IMG/VR virus record: IMGVR_UViG_3300031576_000023
Location: 21,329 to 85,328 of that record
Strand: one strand, 5' to 3'
DNA: 64,000 bases
Source of the DNA: a virus
The translations under genes were made by a program, and so were the position numbers. Under the pieces are notes generated by a model that worked only from the letters and a program-made list of their open reading frames with translations, made no database searches and was not told where the DNA came from. Each line of letters opens with the position of its first letter. Position 1 is the stretch's first letter. This document shows positions 29,702 to 39,802 of the stretch, piece by piece.

Positions 29702-30535
29702 ATGCCGCGAGAGTTAACGATCGACGCCGAGTTCAAGGGCCAGTGCCCTGCGCACTCCGAGGAAGAACTAAAGCTGCTGCGCGAGCAGATCGAGGAGGAG
29801 GGGTGCATCGCGCCATTGGTCGTGTGGGCTGGGGAGGGGATCATCCTCGACGGGCACACGAGGTACGCGATGTGCCTGGACCTCGGTATCGAGTTCAAGG
29901 TTCACGAGAAGCAGTTCGCCAAGCGAGAGGCGGCAATGGCGTGGATACTTCGGCATCAGCTCGGAAGGCGGAACTTGCTGCCGGAGCAGCGCGCTGTCTT
30001 GTTGGGGAATTATTACAACCTACTGAAGTCGTCTCGCGGGAAGCGCACCGGAAGAGGGTTGACGGCCGAGCTGATCGCGGTCGAGCAGGGCGTGTCCGTC
30101 CCCACGATCCTGCGGCACGCGCGGTACGCCGACGCGATGCAGGAGCTGAAGCGCCGCGGCAGCGGGGACATCGTCAAGGCGATCCTGGACGGCGACGTGC
30201 GGGCTAACGTGGACGCCCTGAAGCTTCTGTCACGGCGACCGAAGGCCGATCTTGAGCGTGCCAGCGTTCTCTTGAAGCGCGGAGATCTACACGACGTGGC
30301 GGACTTGCTGCCGGACGGCGGGCGCCGAAACAAGCAGGTGGCTGGGCAGGGGATGGCGGGTGGCATGCTGGGCGTGAGCTTCGGCGCCGTCGAGACGGTG
30401 CTAGCGAAGTGCGCGCGGCTCGTGGAGGAGCTGGCGCACAAGATGGGCGGCCCTTCGGTGCGATCGCGCGGGATCGTGGGCAAGCTTCGAGAGGTCACCG
30501 GCGACGTGCTGGCATGGAAACGCAGCTTTCGGTAG
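29702..30535 (+). CDS. ParB-N domain protein
   Basis: ILDGHTRY and QLGRRNL motifs. Confidence 0.75.
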   Translation: MPRELTIDAEFKGQCPAHSEEELKLLREQIEEEGCIAPLVVWAGEGIILDGHTRYAMCLDLGIEFKVHEKQFAKREAAMAWILRHQLGRRNLLPEQRAVLLGNYYNLLKSSRGKRTGRGLTAELIAVEQGVSVPTILRHARYADAMQELKRRGSGDIVKAILDGDVRANVDALKLLSRRPKADLERASVLLKRGDLHDVADLLPDGGRRNKQVAGQGMAGGMLGVSFGAVETVLAKCARLVEELAHKMGGPSVRSRGIVGKLREVTGDVLAWKRSFR

Positions 30536-30620
30536 GCGGTATTTCGGCCCAATAGCTATTGAGCTAGCCGGTAAAATTACCGCCGGACGACCATTTGACC
30601 GTTTTCATAGGAGCGAGCGC

Positions 30621-31520
30621 ATGGCGAAAGCCAAAGAATTCGAGCTGCATCCAGCGGCGGAGATCTTCCCTTTGTTGAAGCACTGCGACCCTGAAGTCTG
30701 GAAAGAATTTCTCGACGACATGCGCGAGAACGGCCAGCAGGAGCCGATCGCGCTCTGTGAGGGGAAGGTGCTGGACGGACGCAACCGCCTGCTTGGCTGT
30801 CAGGCGCTGGGCTTGGAGCCAAAGACAATCAACGTCCGGCCTGCTAGCCCTGTCAAATACGTGATTTCGCGCAACTTGCACCGCCGGCACTTGACCATCG
30901 GGCAATACTCGGGGTGCGCTGCGCGATCTATATCGATGTTCGAGGCGGAAGCGGCGGAGCGCAAAGCGAAAGGCCAGAAAAAAGGCGGGGCAGCCACGGC
31001 GAAAAAGGCTCTAGGCAAACATTTGCCTCAAGCCATTGAGGCTGACGGGACTGTGGCAGACGAAGCTAACGCGAAGCTTGCGGAGGCAGCGACCGGCAAG
31101 GCCGTAGACATGGCTGGCAAAGCGTTTGGCGTGAGCGGCGAGAATGTCCGCAAGGCTGCTGCGGTGATTGGACAAGCGTCTCCGGAAGTCACAAGACTCA
31201 TGGATCATGGCGAAATTACGGTGAACGTTGCTACCAAGCTTGCCGACTTACCGAAGGCCAAACAGGCGGAGGCGGTCGCCCAGATCAAGCGCGGCGAGAA
31301 ACCAAAGGCCCTGAAGATCAAGCGCGCGAAGTCCGGCGGCGTAGCTGTGACGCACAAGGACTTGAGGGAGCAGCTTGGCAAGCTGGCCCGGCTGGTTGAC
31401 GCGCTGGAGAAAAAACACCCTGGCGGGAAGTTCAGTCGCGGGATTCACGACAGGCTCAAGGCGTGCCATGGGCTGGTCGCCGACTGGCAGCGGTCGCCGA
31501 ACTCAGCGCAGAAAGATTGA
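30621..31520 (+). CDS. ParB-N domain protein
   Basis: HPAAEIFP, VLDGRNRL and NLHRRHL motifs. Confidence 0.78.
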   Translation: MAKAKEFELHPAAEIFPLLKHCDPEVWKEFLDDMRENGQQEPIALCEGKVLDGRNRLLGCQALGLEPKTINVRPASPVKYVISRNLHRRHLTIGQYSGCAARSISMFEAEAAERKAKGQKKGGAATAKKALGKHLPQAIEADGTVADEANAKLAEAATGKAVDMAGKAFGVSGENVRKAAAVIGQASPEVTRLMDHGEITVNVATKLADLPKAKQAEAVAQIKRGEKPKALKIKRAKSGGVAVTHKDLREQLGKLARLVDALEKKHPGGKFSRGIHDRLKACHGLVADWQRSPNSAQKD

Positions 31521-31529
31521 CGGGCAGGC

Positions 31530-33047
31530 ATGGCTGAGCGCTGGCATCATCAAACGCGCGCCCTCACTGAAACCGTCGCGGCCTTGGACGAGGGCGTCAA
31601 GCGCATCTGTGTGACTGCTCCTGCTGGTGCCGGGAAGAGCGCTATCGCCTGCGATCTTATGACGGAGATCGCGAAGCCGCGCGGCTGGAACGTAGCGGCC
31701 TACACGAATCGCAAGATGCTCCTGGAACAATGGTGCCGAGTGCTCGACGCGGCAAATATACCATTCGGCATTCGGGCAAGCGGACATCCTCCAGCATACC
31801 TGCGGCAAGTACAGCTTTGCATGGTCCAATCAGAAAGCGCAGCAGTCTACGAGTCCGAGAGGCGCGATTTGCACGAGGCGCGGCTCGTCATTATCGACGA
31901 GGTGCATTTGAACAAGGCAGCCACTATGCAGCAGCTTGTCGCTGACCACGAGAAGCTTGGCGCGCAGACAGTTGGGTTTACCGCGACGCCCATGGACCTG
32001 GGGCCAATGGCGATCAGGCTGATTATCGGCGCCAAGACAAGCGAGTGCCGGGCGTGCGGCGCAATCGTACCATGCACGACATACGCCCCAGACGAACCGA
32101 GCGCCAAAGGGTTGCACCGCGAGGCGACGGGGGAATACTCCGAGGCCGACGTGCGCAGACGGATCATGACCCCGACAATCTTCGGGCGGGTGCACGATCA
32201 CCTGCTACGACTCAACCCGGACTTGCTGCCGACGTTGCTGTTCGCGCCTGGCGTAGCCGAGTCCATCTGGTTCTGCGAGCAGTTCGCAGCGAAGGGCCTG
32301 CGCGCGGCGCATTTAGGCGGCGAGGAAATCTGGATAGATGGCGAACGGCACGCGGGGACGCCGGAGCTGCGAGCACAGATCATCAAGGAGCACCGCGACG
32401 GGGAGATAGCCGTCCTGTCCAACCGATTCGTTCTTCGCGAGGGGCTCGACCTGCCATACGTCCGGCATGTCGTATTCGCGACGATTTTCGGGGGCCTTCA
32501 GAGTTTTTTGCAAGCCGGAGGCAGAGGGATGCGCGCATATCTTGGAAAAGCCCGCTGTTGCGTGCAGGACCACGGTGGAAACTGGCACCGCCACGGGAGC
32601 CTTAATGCCGACCGGGACTGGCAGCTGGGCGACTCGAACTACGTGCTGTCGGAGATGCGCGATGATGCCCTGCGCGAGCATACGATTCCCGATCCAATCC
32701 GCTGCCCGAAATGCGGCCTGGTACGGGTGCGCGGGCCGGTATGTTTCGGGTGCGGCTACCGCCACGCCAGGGGCAGCCGTATGGTTGTTGAGCTGGATGG
32801 CCGGCTGCAAAAGGTTGAGGGCTATATCTTGCGCAAGAAGTCCCGGCAGAAGCGGCACGACACGGAGCACATCTGGAAGCAGTGCTACTACCGGTGCCGC
32901 AAGGCGGAGAAGACGTTTCGTCAGGCGGAGGGTTTATTTGTGCATGAGAATGGATACTGGCCGCCCAGGACTCTGCCGCTGATGCCGCGCGACGCCTACG
33001 ACTGGTTTCGAGAAATTCAGGCCGTACCCGCGGAGGCTTTGCTGTGA
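31530..33047 (+). CDS. SF2 DExH helicase with C-terminal zinc finger
   Basis: PAGAGKS, DEVH, TATP, EGLDLP and QAGGRGMR motifs. Confidence 0.9.
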   Translation: MAERWHHQTRALTETVAALDEGVKRICVTAPAGAGKSAIACDLMTEIAKPRGWNVAAYTNRKMLLEQWCRVLDAANIPFGIRASGHPPAYLRQVQLCMVQSESAAVYESERRDLHEARLVIIDEVHLNKAATMQQLVADHEKLGAQTVGFTATPMDLGPMAIRLIIGAKTSECRACGAIVPCTTYAPDEPSAKGLHREATGEYSEADVRRRIMTPTIFGRVHDHLLRLNPDLLPTLLFAPGVAESIWFCEQFAAKGLRAAHLGGEEIWIDGERHAGTPELRAQIIKEHRDGEIAVLSNRFVLREGLDLPYVRHVVFATIFGGLQSFLQAGGRGMRAYLGKARCCVQDHGGNWHRHGSLNADRDWQLGDSNYVLSEMRDDALREHTIPDPIRCPKCGLVRVRGPVCFGCGYRHARGSRMVVELDGRLQKVEGYILRKKSRQKRHDTEHIWKQCYYRCRKAEKTFRQAEGLFVHENGYWPPRTLPLMPRDAYDWFREIQAVPAEALL

Positions 33048-33847
33048 ACGATATCAAGCCGCACCTGAGCCACAGCCAGATGATGACCTTTCTGCGGTGC
33101 CCGGAGGCGTGGCGCCGCAGGTACGTCGAGGGCCACAAGGTCCCTCCCGGCATCGTCGCGTTCATTGGCTCCGGCGTGCACGCGGCCGACAGCATGAACT
33201 TCGTGCAGAAGATCGAATCGCATGTTGATCTTAAGCCGAGCGAGTTCCGCGACGCGGCCGTGGCGGAGCTCGACGCGCGGATTGAGGACGAGGGCGTGTC
33301 TTTGCAGGAGGAAGACGGCAGCCTGGAGAGCGTCGTCGGCAAGGCGCGCGACCAGACGGCGGCCTTGGCGTTCCTGCACGCGACCCAGGTTGCGCCTGAC
33401 TACCAACCGGCGCACGTCGAGCGCGAGTTTCGCATCGATCTTCCGAAGAACAGTTTCGATCTGGTGGGATTTATCGACCTGGAGGACGACAAGGGCCGCG
33501 TGGTGGATTTCAAGACGACCGGCCGGCGAAAACAGCAGGCTGAGGCCGACCGTTCATTGCAGTTGTCCGTGTACGCGGCGGCGCACGCGGTGCAGACTGG
33601 CAAGCTGCCTGGTTCCCTGGTCTTGGACGTGACGATGCGGACGGACAATCCGAGCCGGTACACGCTGGAGACGCACCGCGACAAGGCTGACTTGCAGGTG
33701 CTGGCGAACACGGTCGCGGTGGTGTCGCGCGGCATCGAGAGCGGGGTGTTTCCGCCGGCGCCAGAGGGTAGTTGGTGGTGTTCTAAGAAATTCTGCGGCT
33801 ACTGGAGTACGTGCGCGTTCGTGAACGCGAAGAAACTAAAGCCGTGA
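33044..33847 (+). CDS. PD-(D/E)XK exonuclease (Cas4/RecB-like)
   Basis: GFIDL, VDFKT, QLSVY and terminal Cys cluster. Confidence 0.85.
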   Translation: MNDIKPHLSHSQMMTFLRCPEAWRRRYVEGHKVPPGIVAFIGSGVHAADSMNFVQKIESHVDLKPSEFRDAAVAELDARIEDEGVSLQEEDGSLESVVGKARDQTAALAFLHATQVAPDYQPAHVEREFRIDLPKNSFDLVGFIDLEDDKGRVVDFKTTGRRKQQAEADRSLQLSVYAAAHAVQTGKLPGSLVLDVTMRTDNPSRYTLETHRDKADLQVLANTVAVVSRGIESGVFPPAPEGSWWCSKKFCGYWSTCAFVNAKKLKP

Positions 33848-34049
33848 TATTTTGGGCCTGACTATGCCGAAGATGGGCGTCAGAACCGCTGTTATTGCCA
33901 GCGTGGAGGCTGGGCAATTCGTGTGGTCGCTCGTGGGATGGCGCAAAGGGGCAAGTCGGCTGGCAAGTCCGGTCCACCGAGCTAAAGAGCTTGGCGCGCT
34001 GCTGCGTTACGCGATGGCCGGGCACGGCAGTACGAAACGGAGGACGCTA

Positions 34050-34547
34050 GTGAAGGTTGAAGAGCTGGTTGAATCGTGGATCGAGGCCGTTGTCGGAATG
34101 TGCCTGGCGCATACGAAGGACGACTACGACGCGCACGACGCGAAGGCTGACGAGCTGCTCGGGCCGCTATTGGCGGCGCCGATTCGGCAGGTGCGAGAGT
34201 TCTACCATCGGCTGCTGGAGCGGATGAAGACCGACAAGCGAGTTCCCATGCTCGTGTGGATGGGGTTTGAGGCGTGGGGCGAGATCATGGTAAAGAATGC
34301 GCCGGACGAGGGCATCAAGCGGCTCAAGAACAAGCTTGCCGGCGAGATTGCTGACTTGGTCGAGGAGCCGTTGCGGGACCAAATTCCAGGCGCGGTAGCC
34401 CGTGCCTTGCGCTGGCGCGATCCAGAGACGCTAGAAGCGGTGAAGAAAGCTTTGGTGGCCGGAGTCAAACCGAAGCTTCGCGGTCGGCAGAGCTGCTTGT
34501 TCATGGAGATGGGGCGCGGCAAGCGGCAGGTCAGCGTGATGCTGTGA
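34050..34547 (+). CDS. Hypothetical protein
   Basis: GGAGG RBS before GTG 34050. Confidence 0.55.
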   Translation: MKVEELVESWIEAVVGMCLAHTKDDYDAHDAKADELLGPLLAAPIRQVREFYHRLLERMKTDKRVPMLVWMGFEAWGEIMVKNAPDEGIKRLKNKLAGEIADLVEEPLRDQIPGAVARALRWRDPETLEAVKKALVAGVKPKLRGRQSCLFMEMGRGKRQVSVML

Positions 34548-34602
34548 GGCGTGAGGAAACTCAAGCCATAACGTCGAGTGGGCACAGAAAGCGGGAGTAC
34601 AA

Positions 34603-35055
34603 ATGACGGCCAGGACCAAAACTAAGATTACAAAGCGTGTGAGCCTGCCGAGCGTCCCACACAAGTTGCTGGACGTGGCAATCCGCGACCTGAGGGCGGC
34701 AAGTCGGAAGAGTGGCGTGGTGGTTGATCCGGCTGTGTGGCTTCGGCAATGTGTTAAAGATTGCGTGTACTGCTTGGCCGGAGCGGTGATGCTGTGCACA
34801 TTGCGCGGGCGAACTATGCAGGCTTGGCGGTCTAACAAAAATGTGTACCCATGCAACTTTTCTCTGCGAATAGCGAAAAAACTCCATGCGCTAAACTCTT
34901 TTTCCAGGGGGTATTGTAACGACGCATTCCGTTACCTGCGACTGAACGACGCGATCGGGCGTAACTTCAATCGTGACATGCCTGACATGCGAACGTCGAA
35001 ATTCCTGCCGTCCCTGGAGAAACTGCGCGACGATTTGAAGGCTGAGGGGTACTAA
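34603..35055 (+). CDS. Hypothetical protein
   Basis: GGGAG RBS; CVYCLAG motif. Confidence 0.55.
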   Translation: MTARTKTKITKRVSLPSVPHKLLDVAIRDLRAASRKSGVVVDPAVWLRQCVKDCVYCLAGAVMLCTLRGRTMQAWRSNKNVYPCNFSLRIAKKLHALNSFSRGYCNDAFRYLRLNDAIGRNFNRDMPDMRTSKFLPSLEKLRDDLKAEGY

Positions 35056-35132
35056 GTTATTGGCCGCCATCGAACGGGCGGCAACCTGGAGCGATGGGCG
35101 TAACGAGCCTGCCATGATGCTTCGCTCCTCGG

Positions 35133-35160
35133 GCCGCGTGGGTGAAGCGCGGCTACTTTT
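35133..35160 (+). terminator. Putative intrinsic terminator
   Basis: GCCGCG...CGCGGC hairpin followed by TACTTTT. Confidence 0.4.
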
Positions 35161-35297
35161 GCCCAACAGACGTTCTGGAGTAGAGTAGAATAATCGGCGA
35201 TCGGTGTAGCGAGCGCTGAAACAGAGTCCTGTGATGGGAGCCCGGCGCGGCTCGTAACTACACTGCGGCCCGCCGGGCTTCTTTTTAGGAGATACAA

Positions 35298-36290
35298 ATG
35301 GCATTGCTTGACTTGGTACGGCCTCGCGTTACAGAACTCGGCAAGATCAAAATTGGTGGGAAGGACGAGAAGGTTCGCCAGTCGAAGGGCGGCGGAACGT
35401 GGCGCGCCCCGAAGAAGCTGGATCACTTCCTGATTACTGGCATGGCGCGTACTGAGGCTGGCGACCTCGTGCAGGATATCGAGCTGATGGATCGGCTGGC
35501 GCAGAAACACGCTGACGCCGACGGAAAACTGCGGAAGTTGCCGATTATCTTGTGCTCTAACGACATTGAGGACATCATGCAGGCCAGGTATGTTTGGTAC
35601 GGCGGGAAGCGAGTAGCTGGTCGCAGTGACGGTAAGACTGTCGTGTGGTACGGTAATCCGAAGACGATGAAGTTCAGAAACGAAGGGCCTATCGAGGAGC
35701 CATGGAAGGACGAGTACCTTGACCTGGCTGGTCCGAACGGCTCAAAGCTTTTCAAATTGCACTCCGTATTCAACTGCATGATCGCATCGGACGTGGCCAG
35801 GTGGGGAGGGCTATACAAATTCCGCACGACGAGCCGGATTACCGCGAGCCAGTTGCTTGGGAGCATGATGCACATTCATCAGTTGACCGGCGGTGTCCTG
35901 CGAGGTCTGCCGATGCAGCTTGTGATCCGGCCGATGATGGTCGAGCCGGACGGCAAGCCGACCAAAGTTTTCGTCGTGCACTGTGAGCTGACTGGCGCCG
36001 ACCTGCTGGCGATCCGCGGGTGCGCCCTGGAGCTGGCGAAGTCGGAAGCCGAGAACTCCCGGCAGCTTCGGACCGCGCAGATAGAGTACCGCAGGTTGCT
36101 CTCCGCGCCGGGCGAGGACGAGACCTACGAGGAGTCCACGGACGTGGCCGAGGAATTTCATCCCGAGACGATTGACCAGGAGGGAGTTGACCAGCCGGCG
36201 CCGGAGGAGGAGTCGCAGGTTGGCCTGGACGATTTCCTTGGCCAGGAAAACGGCTCGCCGGATCAGAAGGAAGCAGCCGCAGACGTATGA
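35298..36290 (+). CDS. Gp3-like recombination (annealase/RDF-like) protein with acidic tail
   Basis: LGKIKIG, KLDHF, YKFRTTS and TGGVLRGLP motifs; near the exonuclease. Confidence 0.6.
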   Translation: MALLDLVRPRVTELGKIKIGGKDEKVRQSKGGGTWRAPKKLDHFLITGMARTEAGDLVQDIELMDRLAQKHADADGKLRKLPIILCSNDIEDIMQARYVWYGGKRVAGRSDGKTVVWYGNPKTMKFRNEGPIEEPWKDEYLDLAGPNGSKLFKLHSVFNCMIASDVARWGGLYKFRTTSRITASQLLGSMMHIHQLTGGVLRGLPMQLVIRPMMVEPDGKPTKVFVVHCELTGADLLAIRGCALELAKSEAENSRQLRTAQIEYRRLLSAPGEDETYEESTDVAEEFHPETIDQEGVDQPAPEEESQVGLDDFLGQENGSPDQKEAAADV

Positions 36291-36988
36291 TGGACTTCTC
36301 GGAACCGTCCCAGCAGTATGTCGTGATGGAGTACCGCAGCGGCATCGTCGTCTATAGCGGCCCTTCGGAATTCCGCGCTGCCGTTGCCTTGGACCCAGGC
36401 ACTCAGTACGCGAAGCACGGGCTGCTCGACACTGCGCGGGCACTGTGCGAGGCGGCGTGCGCGAGGGCGCGGGAGAGCCAGGGCTGTTACGGTGCTATTA
36501 TCACGCGAAAGGTGGAAGTATGAGCGAATCCCATAAGCAGCGCACGGCAGCCCTGCGGCATGCTGCCGTAGCCCTAGAAAGCCTAGCTGGCACGATCCTG
36601 GAATGGAAAGACGACCTGGAGATGCATGCAGATGACGACGACCGCGACGTGTTGACGGACGTGCAGGGCGTGATGGACGCCTACACTTTTTGCCGTGAGG
36701 TCGAGGAAGCGTGGTGCGGTATTGCCGCGCCTTGCACGGACCTGTCTGGCGCCTGGGGTGAGGCGATGGCGGACTTGCAGGCGATGTTGGACGACTTGCA
36801 ATCTATGAGGATGCCGCAATGAAGCTCTACGACGACACTGAGAAGTGCGTGGGCAAAGTTCTTAAGACCCCGGACGGATATGCAGCGTATCAATTCCGCA
36901 CGTTCTCTTTCCGACGCTGGTCTGTGTTTTTGGGTTATTTCTCCACGCTGAAATGCGCCCGTGAGCAAGTTCTGAGGGACATAGGAAC

Positions 36989-37489
36989 ATGCTGACATCC
37001 ATAAAGAGCCAGGCGGTGCGGCGCAAGTTCGCGGGCGAGTTCTGGCATTGCTGGGCTTGTGGGATATGCATGTCCATGCGCACGCCGGACATAGACTACC
37101 CGCGCTGGCTGGAGACGCACCATATCGTGAAGCGCGGCCGGTCGGACTCGCGCGCCAATCTGTCTCGCCTCTGCAAATTGTGCCACGACGTGGTGGAGGG
37201 CTTGCAGGTGCGACTCGCAAACGGAGAGCGCATGCCGCCGCTGCCGTTGTCAGCCGTGCTCTGGCTGAAGTCGCGGTGGGACGCCGAGCACTACGACAGG
37301 CCGCTGCTGGCAGCCTTGGCTGGCAGGGCTGTTCCGCGCGCGACGCGCCCGAGTGAGTGGTACATGCGCCAGCTTCGGGACCGGGCGAAATCTGCTTCGA
37401 CCGGTGGTTGGCGCAGCCGTGAAGTCTTGCTAGACTGCCCTGCGGCGGCAGGCCAATATCACGGAGCGAACAATGAGTGCCACGGCTAG
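36989..37489 (+). CDS. HNH-like nuclease
   Basis: CWAC...ETHHI...NLSRLCKLCH. Confidence 0.7.
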   Translation: MLTSIKSQAVRRKFAGEFWHCWACGICMSMRTPDIDYPRWLETHHIVKRGRSDSRANLSRLCKLCHDVVEGLQVRLANGERMPPLPLSAVLWLKSRWDAEHYDRPLLAALAGRAVPRATRPSEWYMRQLRDRAKSASTGGWRSREVLLDCPAAAGQYHGANNECHG

Positions 37490-37799
37490 CGCGTTTACGT
37501 CAATGGAGCAGGCCGCCGCGATCGGCGACCGCCTGCGGCTTATCAAGGGCCTGATCGACTTTCTGCGGTCGCTTGGCCTCGACAAGGGGGAGCTGCTCGC
37601 GATCGTGAAGGACGCCATCGGGCTGTTCACCGACTTCTCGATAGACAAGCTGCTGGCGTTCATTGAACGGCTGCTGGGGGCCATCGGCCAGCCAGGCACG
37701 TCCGCTGTCGGCGCGGTGGACGCAGCCGCGATCGACTGGCAGAAGATTCTTCAGTTCATTTTGATGCTGATCGAGATGCTCACGAAGTCCCCCGCGTGA
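37473..37799 (+). CDS. Hypothetical amphipathic protein
   Basis: ORF in operon upstream of the peptidase. Confidence 0.55.
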   Translation: MSATASAFTSMEQAAAIGDRLRLIKGLIDFLRSLGLDKGELLAIVKDAIGLFTDFSIDKLLAFIERLLGAIGQPGTSAVGAVDAAAIDWQKILQFILMLIEMLTKSPA

Positions 37800-37812
37800 C
37801 CGGAGCGCAGGC

Positions 37813-38859
37813 ATGCCGCTGCACAGGTTACCTCCATACATCGTGCACTCGATGATCGAGGCGGACGAGCTGGCCCAGGTGATCGACTGGGGGCTAGCGT
37901 TCGGCGGCGTCCCGGATGCCTGGAAGGTGACGCGCGGCGAGGGGATCGTCGTCGGCGTCGTTGACACCGGCTGCCAGAGCGACCACCCGGACCTTGCCGG
38001 CCAGCTCGCCATCCCGCCGGTCGATTTTACTGGCAGCGCAGTTGGCGGAGAAGACCTGAGCGGGCATGGAACGCACGTCGCAGGAACCGTGGCTGGCAGC
38101 GACAACCAGACTGGCGTTGTGGGCGTCGCACCGGCCTGCAAGCTGGTGATCGCTAAGGGCCTGGGGGACGACGGCAGCGGCCTCGGCGAGTGGATCGCGG
38201 CGGGGGTGGACCACTGCGTCGCCAACGGCGCGCACATCGTGAGCATGAGTCTCGGCAGTCCGGTGCCAGACCCCTTCATTCACGCGGCGATCAAGCGCGC
38301 CGTGGCGGCCGGCCGAATCGTGATTTGCGCGGCTGGAAATTCTGGCCCTAGCAATCCGACAGATATCGAGTACCCAGGTAGGTTTGAGGAGGTCATCGCG
38401 ATTGCAGCGAGCAACAAAGACGGCAAGATCAGCCGGTTCTCCTCGCGCGGGCCGAGCGTGGCGTTCGCGTTTCCGGGTGAGAACATCCTGAGTTGCTACC
38501 CGACGAACAGGTACGCCAGATTATCGGGTACGAGCATGGCCTGCCCTTTTGCGGCCGGCGCGATCGCCCTGCTGCTGGCGAAGCACAGGACGCACGGCGG
38601 GTCTACCCCGGTGACCACTCGGGAGCACGTGATCGAGCACTATCGCCGGTTCGCCAAGGACGTGGGGGAACCAGGGCGGGACTTCGAGAGCGGGTGGGGT
38701 ATCGGCCTGGTCGGGGAAGTGATTGGCGAGCAGGAGCCTCAACCTATCCAGCCGGTACCAGGAGACGCAGCGAAGGAGTATACCTATCACATCGGGGGAG
38801 CGACTTTTGTCGTGCACGTGCCGTCTGTCCTGCTGGACAGGGCGTCAGTTACCTGGTAG
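37813..38859 (+). CDS. S8 subtilisin-like serine peptidase
   Basis: Catalytic triad motifs VVDTG, HGTHVAG, GTSMACP; AAGN oxyanion motif. Confidence 0.95.
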   Translation: MPLHRLPPYIVHSMIEADELAQVIDWGLAFGGVPDAWKVTRGEGIVVGVVDTGCQSDHPDLAGQLAIPPVDFTGSAVGGEDLSGHGTHVAGTVAGSDNQTGVVGVAPACKLVIAKGLGDDGSGLGEWIAAGVDHCVANGAHIVSMSLGSPVPDPFIHAAIKRAVAAGRIVICAAGNSGPSNPTDIEYPGRFEEVIAIAASNKDGKISRFSSRGPSVAFAFPGENILSCYPTNRYARLSGTSMACPFAAGAIALLLAKHRTHGGSTPVTTREHVIEHYRRFAKDVGEPGRDFESGWGIGLVGEVIGEQEPQPIQPVPGDAAKEYTYHIGGATFVVHVPSVLLDRASVTW

Positions 38860-38869
38860 GAGCGCTGGG

Positions 38870-39802
38870 ATGCTGGTCTTGCTGCTCGCGCTGTGTGCCG
38901 ACCCGATGATGCCGATACCGTCTGACAACCCGCTGACGCCGGCCAAGGCGGCCCTGGGGCGCAAGCTGTTCTTCGACGGCCGGCTGTCGGCGGACGGGAC
39001 GGTAAGCTGCGCCACCTGCCACCAGCCCGCTAGGGGATGGGCTGACGGCCTTCCCGTCTCAAAGGGCTCCCAGGGGCGCCAGGGAACGCGCAACGCCCCC
39101 ACGATCGCCAACGCGGCCTGGGAGCGCCTGATGTTCCGGGACGGCAGGGCGGCCCTCCTGGAGGGCCAGGCGCTGCTCCCGCTGACGAGCGCGTCCGAGA
39201 TGGGCAATCGGAGTCTGGGCCAGGTAGTCTCCAGGCTGAACGCGACCGGCTACCGCGAGGAGTTCCGGGAGGCGTTCGGGACCGAGGTCACTGCCGACGG
39301 GATCGCCAAGGCGATAGCCTCCTTCGAGCGGACGGTGGTTGCCAGGGACGCCCCGGTAGACGAGTTTCTGGCCGGGCGGACCTGGGCGCTGACGAGGGCG
39401 CAGAAGCACGGCATGCGGGTATTTGAGCGGTCTGGTTGTCGGTCATGCCACGCCGGGCCGGATTTTCGGGACGGGCAGTTTCACAACACGGGGACTTCGG
39501 TCGGCGAGCGGGACCAGGGCAGGTTTACGATCACCGGCAACCGTACCGACTTCGACGCCTTCAAGACTCCGACTTTGCGGGAGGTTGGCAGGACGGCGCC
39601 GTACTTTCACTCCGGGCGCGCGGCGACGCTGCGGGACGTCGTGGAGCACTACGACGCGGGAGGCGTAGCAACAACAGGGCTTGATCCGAGGGTAAGGCCG
39701 CTCGGGCTTCCAGAAAATGACAAGCAGGCGCTGGTAGAGTTTCTGACCGGTGCGTTCCTGTCTGGATCACTGGTCATAGAGAAGCCGGAGCTACCGCAAT
39801 GA
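38870..39802 (+). CDS. Di-heme cytochrome c peroxidase (CCP/MauG family)
   Basis: LFFDGRLS, CATCH, RNAPT, CRSCH and FKTPTLR..TAPYFHSG motifs. Confidence 0.92.
   Translation: MLVLLLALCADPMMPIPSDNPLTPAKAALGRKLFFDGRLSADGTVSCATCHQPARGWADGLPVSKGSQGRQGTRNAPTIANAAWERLMFRDGRAALLEGQALLPLTSASEMGNRSLGQVVSRLNATGYREEFREAFGTEVTADGIAKAIASFERTVVARDAPVDEFLAGRTWALTRAQKHGMRVFERSGCRSCHAGPDFRDGQFHNTGTSVGERDQGRFTITGNRTDFDAFKTPTLREVGRTAPYFHSGRAATLRDVVEHYDAGGVATTGLDPRVRPLGLPENDKQALVEFLTGAFLSGSLVIEKPELPQ

Noticed and set aside
35202-35280. Twister or other self-cleaving ribozyme
   Set aside because: Conserved core nucleotides and pseudoknots could not be matched; kept only as an attenuator-like leader
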